Assembly: GCA_002633005.1 (NCBI GenBank)
Contig: NMRA01000064.1
Span: forward strand, 543,895 to 607,894
Direction: 5' to 3'
Origin: Phoronis australis
Lineage: Eukaryota > Animalia > Phoronida
Length of the DNA stretch: 64,000 nt
Shown: positions 15,101-28,669 of the stretch, piece by piece
Numbering within the stretch: position 1 is the stretch's first letter
Layout of the letters: each line of letters opens with the position of its first letter
Translations under genes and position numbers: made by a program
Notes under the pieces: model-generated
Database searches by the model: none
What the model was told of the DNA's origin: nothing
The model's input: only the letters and a program-made list of their open reading frames with translations

Positions 15101-18100
15101 TGCACCACTACCATAAACCAATACTTTTTAGATTTTTCACTATTTAGAGCAATTAGGTCAGTCTTAGAAAAATAAAAAATAATTCAACAAACACTGAATT
15201 AGTGACAAGATTTTGCTACCCTTAAACATAATTATTCCCCTAATACACAAATGTCTAAATATCAACAATCAAGATATGTTTACCCACTAGTTTTGGGATA
15301 AAATAAAACAATAAAAGGTTCAGCGTTGGTCTTACCTTGCTACATTTGTTCTCAGTTTCATGATTCTCTACAACAGCATCAGAACTGGAATACTGGGGTC
15401 TATCTTGAGACTTGGCCACTGTTGAGAAAAATATCGTGAGCATGACAACCCTGCACAAAATAATAGAAATTCATCATTTCCTTATTCGCTTGGGTATAGC
15501 AAGTCCATGAGCTTGAAATTGGGGAGCTTATACCTAGAGGGGCTTGTATGGTACATTTGTGAGTAAGCCCATAGAATTCTGAGACCTAGAATACGATTTG
15601 CGCATCACGTGACATGATGTGCCTGCGATGAAACAGATGTCAGGATCTGTTTTTTCTGAGCAGCTTTGTGATAATCCATCTATTGACAGCTTGCAAGTGA
15701 AGGGAGAGTATGATTTGAGGAAGGCTGACAGGGAGGAGGGGGTGGACTTGTACTTGGCTTGTAGGCAGCAAAACCTGGGGGTGAACTTTATGCTGGATAG
15801 GTGGGAAAGTAACCTCAAAGTGGGCGGGGCTTACACCTGGATGTGGGCTTATACTAGAGTGGACAAAACTTATGTAAAAGTTAAACTCAGTAAGAGCAAA
15901 TGGCATAAATAACATGACTTCCCCAAAAGGACCATTACTACCTTAGGGGGAAGTAGGTCATTTGTACCTATATGAGAACATTTTGCATCTTGTGCACATG
16001 GCAGATCGCAAGATCTGCCAAGACTGCCATCACATCCGAGACACAGCATTGTTCTTCCAGGCGAGTTGTGAACAAAGAGTAATTTATCAGAAAAACTTCC
16101 TTCATTACCAAACTTTCAAAAGTTAGGGAAGTGGGTGTTTAGTCAGCCAGACCCAGGTGTTGTCACGGTGATGACCTGTGCTAGTAAGAGCTGCCTGCTG
16201 TGATTAAGAGACAGGTGACTGAGCACTCTAGAACCCTCATTGGTGAAAGAGAATTACTTGAAGTTTTCAAGAATGTCCATCTACCCAAACAATTGACCTC
16301 ACCAAATTGGTGCTCAGCAACCTTACAAAACACAATGCAAATAGTTTCAACTGGAAATTAAAATGTTTGAACATACCTGACTTCAGGCTAGCTTCCTTTT
16401 TCGCTAAAAGTCTTTTGTATATTCTATGAACTGGAAATGCTGGGTTACTTTCCAGGACCTCAGATAAGAGGGCTTGTGAAACATCAGACTTGATGGGTGC
16501 GTGTTGTTTAAAATCCTGCAACAGTAAACCAACACTTTCATTTATACGCACTAACAGCGAAGCGATGCCGAAGCTAGTTGACACTGAAACAACACGTGAG
16601 GGTGAGATAAAAGGTCATATATATCATTACAAACTAAACTACTACAGATATTGATAAATACAAAAGTTATACATGTTGAGCTATAAAGGTGGGTGACAAT
16701 CTGCCATTATTTACAAAAATGATGTCCAATCAGGCTGCTTTTGAAATAGATTTGATCCACAACATGTCATCACGTGAGATGGTAAAGTAATTTTAATTGT
16801 GTTTGAATTTTTTGACAGCATAATCTCTTAATCTCAACATAAGATCGCAGATTTTTTATTAAAGCTTTTATTATTTGTATGTTTGATTTAATTTAAAATC
16901 AAGAGTTAAATAAATATTAGAAAAGTAATGAGGACTGAATGTATTTTTTAGGTTTATTAGGAAAATCCCAGAGACAGCTTCACAGCATTTTTATGACAGT
17001 CTCAATACTGGAAGTCTCATGACTGCTGGTGAAAGGATATTTTGCAATCAATGTACCCTTCTAAAAATATTTTTACCCAAAAAGCATATAGTCACGGGAT
17101 CAGAATGGCAGTTTTGTCAAGGATACCGATAGATTCGCCTTGAATATAAATATTTCCCTATGAGTCGACAGCTGTAATTAACAAACAGACATTTCCAGAC
17201 ATTTTAATTAAGAGTACACGTAAACAGAACAACTTACACTTAACCTTAAGTGTAAAAACTTAGGTTAAGTGTAAGTGTAAGAACTTGAACTTCACTTTAA
17301 ATTTTTGGATTACGTACTTGCCCTATCCTCAGTGATTCTCCCCCTTCCCGCTTTGGTAGTAAATCTGCACACCAGCGTTTGCAACAGTCAACAAATGAAC
17401 CATCAGACTTGTTCAATAACAAGTCCACTTGAGGTAAGTTCCATAAAGTCTCCTCAGTCATTGGCACAAATTCAGGATTCTTCTCAAATAGTTTTGAGAA
17501 CACAACCTCTCCACAAGGTTGGACAACAGTATGGCTGCTAGAGGCCATTTTGTTATCATCACTTAGTCCATCACTAGCAACAAGGGTCTCCGACACTGCA
17601 TCAGTGTCCTCACCCATCCCTTCTGTTTCATTGGAATGCATCGTATTGTAGGTGTTGACATTTTCACTTTGGACCTGTATCAGTGGCTGTTCTGCAGTTT
17701 CAGTTACCATAGCAACATCACCAAAACCATTGCTCACTTCCTGTGCAATCCCTTTATCTTCAATCACAGCCACTTGTTCCAAACGTCTTTCAATCATAAG
17801 GTTTTTGCAATGTTTCTGCTGAACATGGCTAATGCTCGGTAGCGGGGCATAGTCACCTAACTGTACGCTGACAGTCGCAGCTGCCTTCTTCCTCATAGAC
17901 TCTGGTATTCCACTAAACAGAAATGCTCGAGCAGATTCCGAAAGTTGAATCTTTTCCACAACAGGCTTCACTGGGGAGCCTACCGTTGCTCCTTTCTTAA
18001 GAAACATTGATGGAATTCTCCCAGCTGTAATGAAGTGCGAACGACAACAATGTCAGTATTGTTGAAAATGAAAACCACGAATTCACAACAAGGGTGACAA

Positions 18101-21100
18101 CCTTGCTGTCTTTTGGACAGTTCTTAACAATGAGTTACCTGTGAGCTAATGCTGTGTAGACAAAAGAGACTAATTCCCAACTGTAAAATGACAATCAGAC
18201 CCAGAAAGCACTAAAATTGAATTGTGATGGTATGCTTGGGAAGCTAAACAAAGTAGTTATCAAAGTGGAACTTGCACGCTAATTTTTTATCTCTGTGATT
18301 GCTTGGTCAAATTAGTTGGACATACGACATAGAGTGCGATGTGAATGTGAAGTAGGTTGAAAATTGCCAAATGTTTTTAAGAAAAATTTTGAGTTCCTGC
18401 TATACATGAGCATAGTTAGAAGCATGTAAATACATATTTAAACAAAACTGCAGATAAGGCAACCTGAAAAACCAACAAAGGGCAGAATTTCTGTGAGAAA
18501 ATACTAAATTTTGAAGGAATCCAAGGTATCATGTTAGGAACTAGAATGATGACTAGCTTGAACACAAAACAGCCTATAAAGGGTTTAATTTTTGTCAGAA
18601 AACATATTAATTTGAAAACGGTATTGGCTACTTATAACGTGCAATACAGGTGCAAGCTAAACTTGATGAAAATCTGATCAAATTGCAGAAGCTAGAGTGG
18701 TGACAAGGCTGGATAGACAAGAGCGATACAGAGCATTGATATGCACCCTCTGCATGCAACACAAACAGTTAAGATATAAGGGGTGCTCATTTTTGAAAGT
18801 TGTCGCAGGACACATAGCAGTTGACAGAGTCAAAACAAACTAAAATAATAAAATTACCACTACAATGCATTCATCTTGACGGGCCCGTCCGAACATTGTC
18901 GAGATGAAAAGTTTAATCCAGATGGAAGCTAGAAGGCGCATACCAAAGACTAACAAAATACAACCAGTCTACAGACAAACGTATATCACAAAAGTTAGCA
19001 AATAAAATAAAAAAGTAACAGACAGTAGACGACAATACAGTACCTTTCTTAGGCGATGACTTCGGACTAGAGGACGCCTTGTGATGCTTCCTTTTAGGAG
19101 TTTTAGACGGAGATGATGTCTCCTCTAGTGGCACCACTTCTTTTTTAGGTCCCCTCTTTGAAGAGGGTGATACAACAGTTAGTGAGTCAGCGATTGCCTT
19201 GTTGGCAGTGACAGCACATCGTCGAGATGACCGGCGTAAGTTGAGAGTTTCATTTGCAGGTTGGGCTGTAAACTTAGTGTTAGGATTGGACATCTTAGAC
19301 GCCTTGACTTTACGATGTGCAGATTTCTTCGAAGCCCTCGTGTTGGGATTTGCAGATTTCTTTGTTTTGGCTTTTGCCAGAAGCTTTTTGGCGCTCGTCT
19401 GAAATAAGCAGCATGCTTTCGTCACATTCTATTTTAAGAACATGGTTATAGTCAAATATTAAGTTGATAGAAGCTGTAGACACACAAAATGACAATACGA
19501 AGATGTGATACTTTTAAACAAAACTACTTAAGAATGTTAAGTGTCACTTAAATCGTTAAATTTCTTAACGGACTGCAAGTTATGCCTCAAAGTATGACCA
19601 ATTATTACATACCTGCTTTGTTTTCTTTGCATCCTTCTCTATAGGAGTCTTATTTATCCTAAGTAAAACACAAACAAATGTTAAGCCTGCCCACTGAAAT
19701 ATTGCAATGTTTAAGTACAAGACATTTTAAAGGTGTTACAAACCCATCTGCTAGACCACTGATGGTTATAAAACTGGTCTCAATTTGTAACAAGAAGTGA
19801 AGAACTGAGAGTTGATTATTATTCGAGACTAACCTAAACAAGTTAACATGACTCATCACATTATCTTATGAATAATACCTCAAGCAATATTGAACCTAGA
19901 GAATTATGACATATAGATGGCGCTTGCTATTCGCCCTAGCCACCATGTTTCTTTTGTCTGTAAGTCCATTGTTTAATTAGCGGTAAGATTAGAAAATAAC
20001 TCGCAAGTATTTCTTCACTGTTTATTGGTTACAGCAAACTACGAATGATCGTAACCTGAAAGAACAGAGACAGGGGGTAAATACTAGGTCGCTAACAAGT
20101 GACGTGTGATTACAATAGGTTAACAGTGCTAGAGATGTGCTAAGGCTACAATAAATGAGGGAATCTTACCGCTAATTAAACAATGGACTTAGAGACAAAA
20201 GAAACATGGTGGCTAGGGCGAATAGCAAGCGCCATCTATATGTCATNTTCTATGGACAGGTGCTGCACTTCGTCTTGGTTTGTTTCTTGCTGCCTTTTTC
20301 TCTGGCGTATTAATAATGACTACACTTTCATCAAAAGAATCAAGTGATTTGTCCCACTTAGGCCTCACCTTTTCCTGTGATTTGGGAGAATCACTCTTGC
20401 TCAAAGGCTTCTGACCAAAGTTTAGCGTGGACTGGCAACTCCTTGTTTTTGCTTCATTATGGCCACTTAACAAAGGTTGAGATACCATCTTGACTTCTGG
20501 AACCCCATTGCTTTCATTGACACTACCTTTGTCTTTACTTGTACAACTTTCATTAGCATCACACCTTTCCTCATTTACTTCAAAAGTAGTGACCTTCTCA
20601 TTCCCCCCCTTCTGCAACATCTTAGTTTTACTTTTCGGTGCTTTGTTTGTATTTGTTTCGACTTTCTTATCAGCATCAAGTTCCACAATTTCCATTTCAG
20701 GATCACTAGAGTCAACCACTACGTTGTTCTTCCTCCGTTTCTTGCTCTTTCCAGCCTTTGCCCCTTCAGAGAGTCCATCTATCCTCGGTGGTGTCGGTGG
20801 CGACGGTGCAGAGTGAATCTCGGCTTTCACAGTTACATGCTCTATTTCATCTTCCGATTCGTCCTCCAGGACTTCGGATTTTTTCTTAGCAAAGTATTGT
20901 TCAATTCCAAATGTTGAAACAGGCTTCTTTAACACTGGAGTAATTTGTGAACAACACTCTTCACCAACCTCATTATTAATGGAATCTTCGAGTTCAGCAT
21001 TTTTATTTTTCAGTTTCTTGATCCCAGCTGTTTCGTTTTTCAACTCATCTGCGCCACCAACGCCGACATCCTCCATGGTCTCAGTCTCAGACACGAAAGG

Positions 21101-22319
21101 CATGCTTGAATTCTCGTCATCACTTTTCAGAGATTGCAAGAACTCTTCGTAAGACACTTCTCCCTCATTGGAAAGTTCGCTTGAGTTTTCACACGCTGGA
21201 ATTGACTTTCCAATTTCCTCAGGGTTCTCTTCCGTAACTCCATTCCTGAAACTAATCTGGCTAATATAATCCTCGTAAGAGATTTCAAGCACACTGTCAT
21301 TTCCCATTGTGGAGCTGGATTCTTTTCTATCAGCTGGTATCGTACCTCCGCCATTTTCATCGGTGAGATGACTTTTCTTGGTAGTAAGAACAGGTTCAAA
21401 ATCGTCTGCTGAATTATTCAAAAGAGTCTTAGATTGAATAAAAGCATCAGCAACTTTTTGGTCAATAGATGGCGCTCCCTCACTAGAAACCCTGCTCTTC
21501 TTTTTCTTCCGTTTTGGATCTGTCGTGACATCTTCTTCCAACTTTCGTTTCGTCTTTTTTGTCTGGTTTTCATTCTGTGCTTGTTTGTTAACACAGTTTC
21601 CTTCTTTTTCAGAAGAAATTAATCCGACGAGACCTCCTGGTTGGGTGGATTCAGATTTTTTAAAGTAACCTAACAAAGTGGTTGGTTTGTGAGTCGAAAC
21701 TTCCTTGACTTTGGATGGTTGCTTGAAGAAGTCGGTTATCTTCCTAGCAGGAACTGTCGGAGCCTCCTTACTCTGAAACGCGCAAATTAAGAAGGTGAAA
21801 TACAAAAAAAATCAATCATAAGTTCTTGTGAAAACCAAGATACATTTTCTGTGGTCATATTTTTAGTTTTGAAGTTTGAAAAGAGCAAACTTCAAAACTC
21901 GGTTTGCAGATAACTTTTGTTGAAAACATTCACTGAAACAGGAATTTTATATAGTGAGGCATAACCCCACATTGATACACATTTGTTTTAAACTGACATC
22001 GTCTGCTAGCAAAATGTGGTTTTCTGTGATCAGTCTAAATGGGGAATCAAACCCAACACTTCCACTAATTTACAGACACTGGTGACCAATATGACAATTT
22101 CTAGCCCTAAAACTCATAGGATCAGCGTCTGAAGATTTAAGTGACTCAGTGCTACTACTGATGGCATAGGAAGCAACTAAAGAAAGACATGAATGATGAC
22201 TTCAACTGCAGCATAAATACATGAATGTATGTCGAGGGCCATGGCAGGAGAGATGTACAAATCACCTTTTCCTCAGACGCGCATTCCTCCATTATGTCCT
22301 CAGTCCTAAGCCCAGGCAT
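3170..22319 (-). CDS. ATAD5: ATPase family AAA domain-containing protein 5 (ELG1 homologue, PCNA-unloading RFC-like large subunit), about 1803 aa
   Basis: Phase-consistent exons (plus-strand coordinates): 22266-22319, 20258-21772, 19879-19895, 19613-19658, 19044-19398, 17318-18024, 16377-16515, 15336-15418, 14146-14311, 13043-13216, 12227-12399, 11563-11680, 11212-11436, 10140-10252, 9586-9744, 7929-8384, 6505-7178, 3575-3733, 3170-3248 (5412 nt). Motifs: LWTDVYCP...IIGN...LRQWLQEWK, Walker A GPHGVGKS, IFEVNST, Walker B SLILFEEVDVLFDDDKGF, KKPIILTA, CDIRYSMLQLQSW, DYVPALRQICKTE...KRRFMHYL, N-terminal VSYEEFL. The junction at 20258/19895 is discussed in findings. Confidence 0.93.
4437..4776. 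mobile_element. TTAA-flanked non-autonomous DNA element (Kolobok-like MITE)
   Basis: TTAA-GGTTACATGTA ... TACACATAACC-TTAA imperfect TIRs, with TTAA at 4433-4436 and 4777-4780. Confidence 0.6.
4781..6478 (-). mobile_element. Kolobok-type DNA transposon derivative with a degenerate THAP domain
   Basis: TIRs AGGAGCATGCCACCC / GGGTGGCATTCTCCT, TTAA target duplication (4777-4780, 6479-6482). Minus ORF 6080-6334 has a THAP-like pattern CRYVAV...C...VFFLLPRESEMLGKWL...VC. TTAA TSD, RR termini and THAP are known Kolobok features. Confidence 0.8.
9015..9290. repeat. 34-bp minisatellite (TGTGTTTACAGGGCACAGAGCCGTGTTAATAGTC), about 8 copies with degenerate flanks
   Basis: Periodicity read directly (GTTTACAGGG at 9020, 9054, ...). 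Confidence 0.9.
10315..10597. mobile_element. Old MITE with diverged TIRs of about 75 bp
   Basis: 10315-10389 (AAACTTGATTGAAAA...GGACAGCTTGATA...TACAATTTC) is the imperfect reverse complement of 10521-10597. Confidence 0.65.
14337..14740 (+). mobile_element. Gypsy-type LTR retrotransposon 5' remnant (LTR + PBS + decayed gag start)
   Basis: TGTTA...TAACA at 14337-14504 with internal AATAAA, immediately followed by the PBS TGGTGTCAG (14505-14513). ATG at 14620 gives MADGFSKPNPHKFDGNVAES*HVFE*DYDIFINA, matching the gag N-terminal pattern P..F.GN.AENW..F. Confidence 0.75.
14856..14970. repeat. 30-bp tandem repeat, about 3.8 copies
   Basis: AATTCYTAAYAGCTAAAGGTAYAGTCCCAC repeated. Confidence 0.85.
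19896..20257. mobile_element. Young MITE with 85-bp near-perfect TIRs inserted in ATAD5 coding sequence
   Basis: 19906-19990 is the reverse complement of 20162-20246 with one mismatch. An N is present at 20247. The flanks rejoin into a continuous ORF. Confidence 0.85.
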
Positions 22320-22520
22320 GAATAGGCCTGTATTCTGAAAAAGAACATAGCAAAACGTGATGCCTGTTCAATCTGTATGAATACTAGTACCTAAGCAAAA
22401 GAGATTTGGATTTTTGACAAGCTGTAGAGGCCTGCTTTTAGTACGATTCTCGTGAGTTTAATAAACGGGTATGACTTTTTTTACATTTCATTGCAATAAT
22501 ATAGATTAATACAAAAAATC

Positions 22521-22880
22521 GGTGAGAGGCACCCTGAGTCAAGCAAAGATCAGTGAGATGCACCCTGAGTCAAGTAAAGATCAGTAAGATGCACCCTGAG
22601 TCAAGTGAAGATCAGTAAGATGCACCCTGAGTCAAGTAAAGATCAGCGTGATGCACCCTGAGTCAAGTAAAGATCAGTGAGATGCACCCTGAGTCAAGTG
22701 AAGATCAGTGAGATGCACCCTGAGCCAAGTAAAGATCAGCGTGATGCACCCTGAGTCAAGTAAAGATCAGCGTGATGCACCCTGAGTCAAGTGAAGATCA
22801 GTGAGATGCACCCTGAGTCAAGTAAAGATCAGCGTGATGCACCCTGAGTCAAGTAAAGATCAGTGAGATGCACCCTGAGT
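22521..22880. repeat. 31-bp minisatellite (GATGCACCCTGAGTCAAGTAAAGATCAGTGA), about 11.5 copies
   Basis: CACCCTGAG recurs at 22530, 22561, 22592 ... 22871. Confidence 0.95.
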
Positions 22881-24729
22881 AAAGTACGTATTGACATTTC
22901 AATCTGAGAGAAGCTGGGAAAGAGTGGTCAACTACGAGAGTACAAAAGTTGAAGACCCAGACTCCACCTGGGAGTCTACCCAGACTACAGGTGGGTGTCT
23001 GGGGCCAGTTGCCTCTGTATTCGGTTGTTGAGTTGGGTAGAGCGAGCTGGGCAGGATGCGATAAGAAGTAGCGCCCAACTAATGAAACATCCACAATTAA
23101 CCCTGAGATGTAAATATTTAGTGTGAGTGGTGGAAGGAAAGAGTGCCGCACTGGTGACGGTGGATCCAGAGCACAAGCAGAGTGTTGCTGATGGCTAATT
23201 CAAGGATACAGGGTAGTGTTAGGGCAAATTAAAGTATGCTAAGGTGTTGCTGAGATCTCCAGCCAGGAGGCGTGCCTGTTCCATAGAAGGGGTATTAGTG
23301 TTGCAGTAATTGCCCCTTGACTGAAGGCTTCCACACGTGCAACCAGGGTTCAAGTCACAGTGTCAACGAAACTTTCTTTATTAAATACTGTTTCTGTGTA
23401 TATATGAATGCTATATTTGATGCTATTCACTGTATATTGAAATAAGCAACTTATCGGGGGTATGCTATCGTCTGTCGCATCCACCATGACCGCAGGCAAT
23501 GTAACTGACTAAGCTGGCCCACTACTAGATTAGCAAGCACGGCAATTAAGTGACTACTCTCTTGTGACGGCGTTCTCCCATTCAGTGACTTTACCAGACG
23601 TAGAGGGTCGTGAGCGTATGATAACATCTAGCTCTTTTGTTAACTGCCAAGCAGTCTCTTGTCTGGTTTGACAACAGGCAGGCCAATCATCTAGCAGGCT
23701 CATTACACATCAGGTGTGAACACAGTCAAACCCAAAGCGAATTAGTACATTAGGAAAGAATAGATAGTCGTAACTTCGGTTGTAGGTGGGCGATTTTGGC
23801 AATTCAATAATTAAACACGATTAGTATTTGACGAGAAATTCAGAAATGCTCAAATATGTTATAACTTAACTTTTATTTTAACAGCTCAGCCCAGTGAGGC
23901 TAGATATAATCTTATTAGAGATTAGAGCAATTATTGAATGAAAGAGAGCCAGAATGGCATTAATCAGTCCCATAAGATATTGGCTACAGGGGTGCTCTCG
24001 ATGCCAACTTGTTGTTGTTTGTTGGGCTATAGAATCGAACAAGTTGGGATCAACAGGAAAACGCCGTAATGTGGAAGCATGTCAAAATTTGCATTTACAT
24101 AATTTAAAAGTGTCTGTAAATAGTTGTGTCTCGGTGACGAGTTTCTGCAGTGCCATTTGTGGTGATTACACTTCTAGACAACACAGCTCTGTTTCATCGG
24201 TTCATCCTTATTATGTAAAACCTGCCTACCCACCCTCCTGGCAATTACTGAATAACGTAACGGCCGTGAGTGGATGAAACTGGTTCGCTAAATCAGAGTT
24301 CATTATATCCGAATAGCATAGCCTTGGCACAAAGCTGTATAATTTTGACGACAGTCTTCATACAGCTAGCTGGCTGGCTACGACTAGTACTAGTAGTAGT
24401 AGTGGTAGTGCCCTAGCTGACACAGGTCATTTCCCCGTACTATCTCCCAAACATTTCGTCAAACATATCAGAAATACCCGCAGTTCATCTACTAGAAATT
24501 TTTTTACAGAGTATGAAATATCCTCAACAATTGTTAACATCCGAAGACATTTTACGACTCGGTCACGTTCACGAGTATGCTATGGATATGGGCTATCAAC
24601 TATGGCGCTGACGGTGCAGCGATGGAGGTGTCGCAGACTTCGATTTCGCCTGTTTCAAGAGAGCTGCGAACCCGGTAACTGTTACACACTGAACATGTTA
24701 TTTCAACTGTACTTGTATAAGGAACTCAC

Positions 24730-24830
24730 CAGGTCATGCGCCTTAACAGTAAACAGGTAAAACACAAACTAGATCGTAAAATGGATAGTTCTGCTGTTTA
24801 GACCGAGACGTAAAATGAAAAGAGCGCCAA
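24730..24830 (-). other. ATAD5: Probable non-coding first exon of ATAD5
   Basis: Consensus donor CTG|GTGAGT (plus-strand ACTCAC at 24724-24729) next to E2F-like sites. The first coding exon (22266-22334) has its own acceptor upstream of the ATG. The TSS position is approximate. Confidence 0.55.
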
Positions 24831-25140
24831 AATAGAGGCCTGACCTTGACATTAATAATAACTGGTTCACAGCCTGTTTGTTCAAAGGACCAGATATGCG
24901 GATAGACGAATTGCGTTATTTCCTATTCCGCGAAAAAAATAACTCGACAAATACCAGTGATTGTTTTCCTTTTTGTGTCTAAGATAGCTAAAGTCTTATA
25001 TTAAGTAATGATTTTATTATTTTAATAGCGCAAAATTTGAAGAAAAAAGCATATTGGTAAAAAGAATTTTGTGAGGTAGAATTTCTGGATTTCTTGGGTT
25101 CGCCCTACTTTCTTCCTTTTTTCTTTGGTCCTCCATCTTG
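24820..25140. promoter_or_regulatory. Compact bidirectional promoter shared by ATAD5 and RPS9
   Basis: E2F consensus TTTTGGCGC (minus, 24824-24832) and TTTTCGCGG (minus, 24928-24936). CDE/CHR-like GCGC-4nt-TTTGAA at 25028-25041. Pyrimidine initiator at 25108-25126. YY1-type CCATCTT at 25133-25139. Confidence 0.65.
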
Positions 25141-25160
25141 TCTGTCACGTTTTACGGCCG
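25108..25160 (+). promoter_or_regulatory. RPS9: RPS9 TCT/5'-TOP initiator and non-coding exon 1
   Basis: Uninterrupted pyrimidine tract CTTTCTTCCTTTTTTCTTT followed by the donor CCG|GTGAGT at 25160/25161, typical of ribosomal protein genes. E-box CACGTG at 25335-25340 in intron 1. Confidence 0.8.
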
Positions 25161-25927
25161 GTGAGTTAAATTGGTTCTTTTACTGGCAAACTTGTAAAAA
25201 TTAATTTTATTTTAACGTGTGTAGCTCACGTTCAAATTGATAATAAAACGTGCGTGTGTTTACATTGTTTAAATCTATTTTTGTTGAGTTTGAAGCGCTT
25301 TATTGCTGGGACACGAAATGTGCGCCGCGGCGGCCACGTGACTGGCGGTCACTAACCGCTGCTACTCACATGTGTTGGCTTTCCTGGCAGGTTTTGCAAA
25401 CGGCGGTTTTCAAAGAAATTTGACGAAATGTGGAATGGACGACCATCACTTTAGTTAGAAACAGACCTGGATTATGAAATAACCATCCTATTATGTTCAG
25501 TTAGCGTTTCCTGCACAAGAATTAGCAACTCAAAATTAGGGAGGACAACGTTTTTCAAAAANGCGCGTGGCTAACGCTAAAGTGTACCAAGTTCAGAATG
25601 GCGTAGTTATAGACTAGAGTAATTGAGGGTCGTGAAAAGGATTTGTATGGATAGCCAGATGTCTTAGGAATGCAACGATACCAAAATCATTCATTTAGAC
25701 CTACATTTAGTGGCTTTATTTGGAATAAGTTAGGGTCCATTATATCCGACTAGTGCCTGGACGACCATCACTTTAGTTAGAAACAGACCTGGATTATGAA
25801 ATAACCATCCTATGTTCAGTTAGCGTTTCCTGCACAAGAATTAGCAACTCAAAATTAAAGAAATTTGTGGGTAAAAAAGACCACCTTCAAAATGGAGACT
25901 TCCGACTTATGCTTCCGCGACGAGACA

Positions 25928-26050
25928 GCAGCACTTCAACCTTATGTTGACAATTCATTGAGTCAGAACTTGACAGCTCTACTCATGCCATGAGACTGCA
26001 GCAAATTGTGACACATGTGCGGAGCTCTTCAGAGTTCCCATGTTACAAAT
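25928..26050 (+). ncRNA. Candidate intronic H/ACA-like structured RNA (RPS9 intron 1)
   Basis: 5' domain closed by GCAG/CTGC with hairpin TGAGTcAGAaCT/AGcTCTACTCA. Hinge AGCAAA (atypical H box). 3' hairpin ACATG-tgc-GGAGCTCT/AGAGTTCC-CATGT, then ACA+3 nt. No target identified. Confidence 0.3.
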
Positions 26051-26328
26051 AATAGTTAAGTTGAATTCCAAATGTAGCGCTGTTGTTCACTGATTGTCTG
26101 CGCACTAAAGTTGAATCGGCTCTAACAAGGGTGGCTCGCAGGATGTCACAGTACAGTGTATGCCGTAATTTTGCAAATTTGTTTTTGAAAGATAATCCGA
26201 GGCCAACAAAACTGGTGGGGGGAAATTCTGTTGTTAATGGACATTTTTGTCATTTAAAAAATGTTAACGTTGGTAGTGTATAACATTGAACATGTTTACC
26301 ATTACAGCAAGGCTTATAAGCAGTCAAG

Positions 26329-28669
<2,341 letters not shown>

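Noticed and set aside
22521-22880. CRISPR-like appearance of the 31-bp, 34-bp and 35-bp repeats
   Set aside because: The units are head-to-tail with no unique spacers, the context is eukaryotic, and there are no cas genes; these are minisatellites.
23292-23375. tRNA gene
   Set aside because: Only a degenerate B-box-like GGTTCAAGTC is present, without a complete cloverleaf; at most a decayed SINE head.
25437-25858. Direct duplication of about 100 bp in RPS9 intron 1 (25437-25538 and 25759-25857)
   Set aside because: The copies are near-identical and flank an N at 25562; most likely a haplotype or scaffolding overlap artefact.
25571-26050. Telomerase RNA idea (CTAACGCTAA plus a downstream H/ACA-like domain)
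   Set aside because: The template would encode TTAGCG rather than TTAGGG, no pseudoknot is evident, and the region contains an assembly gap.
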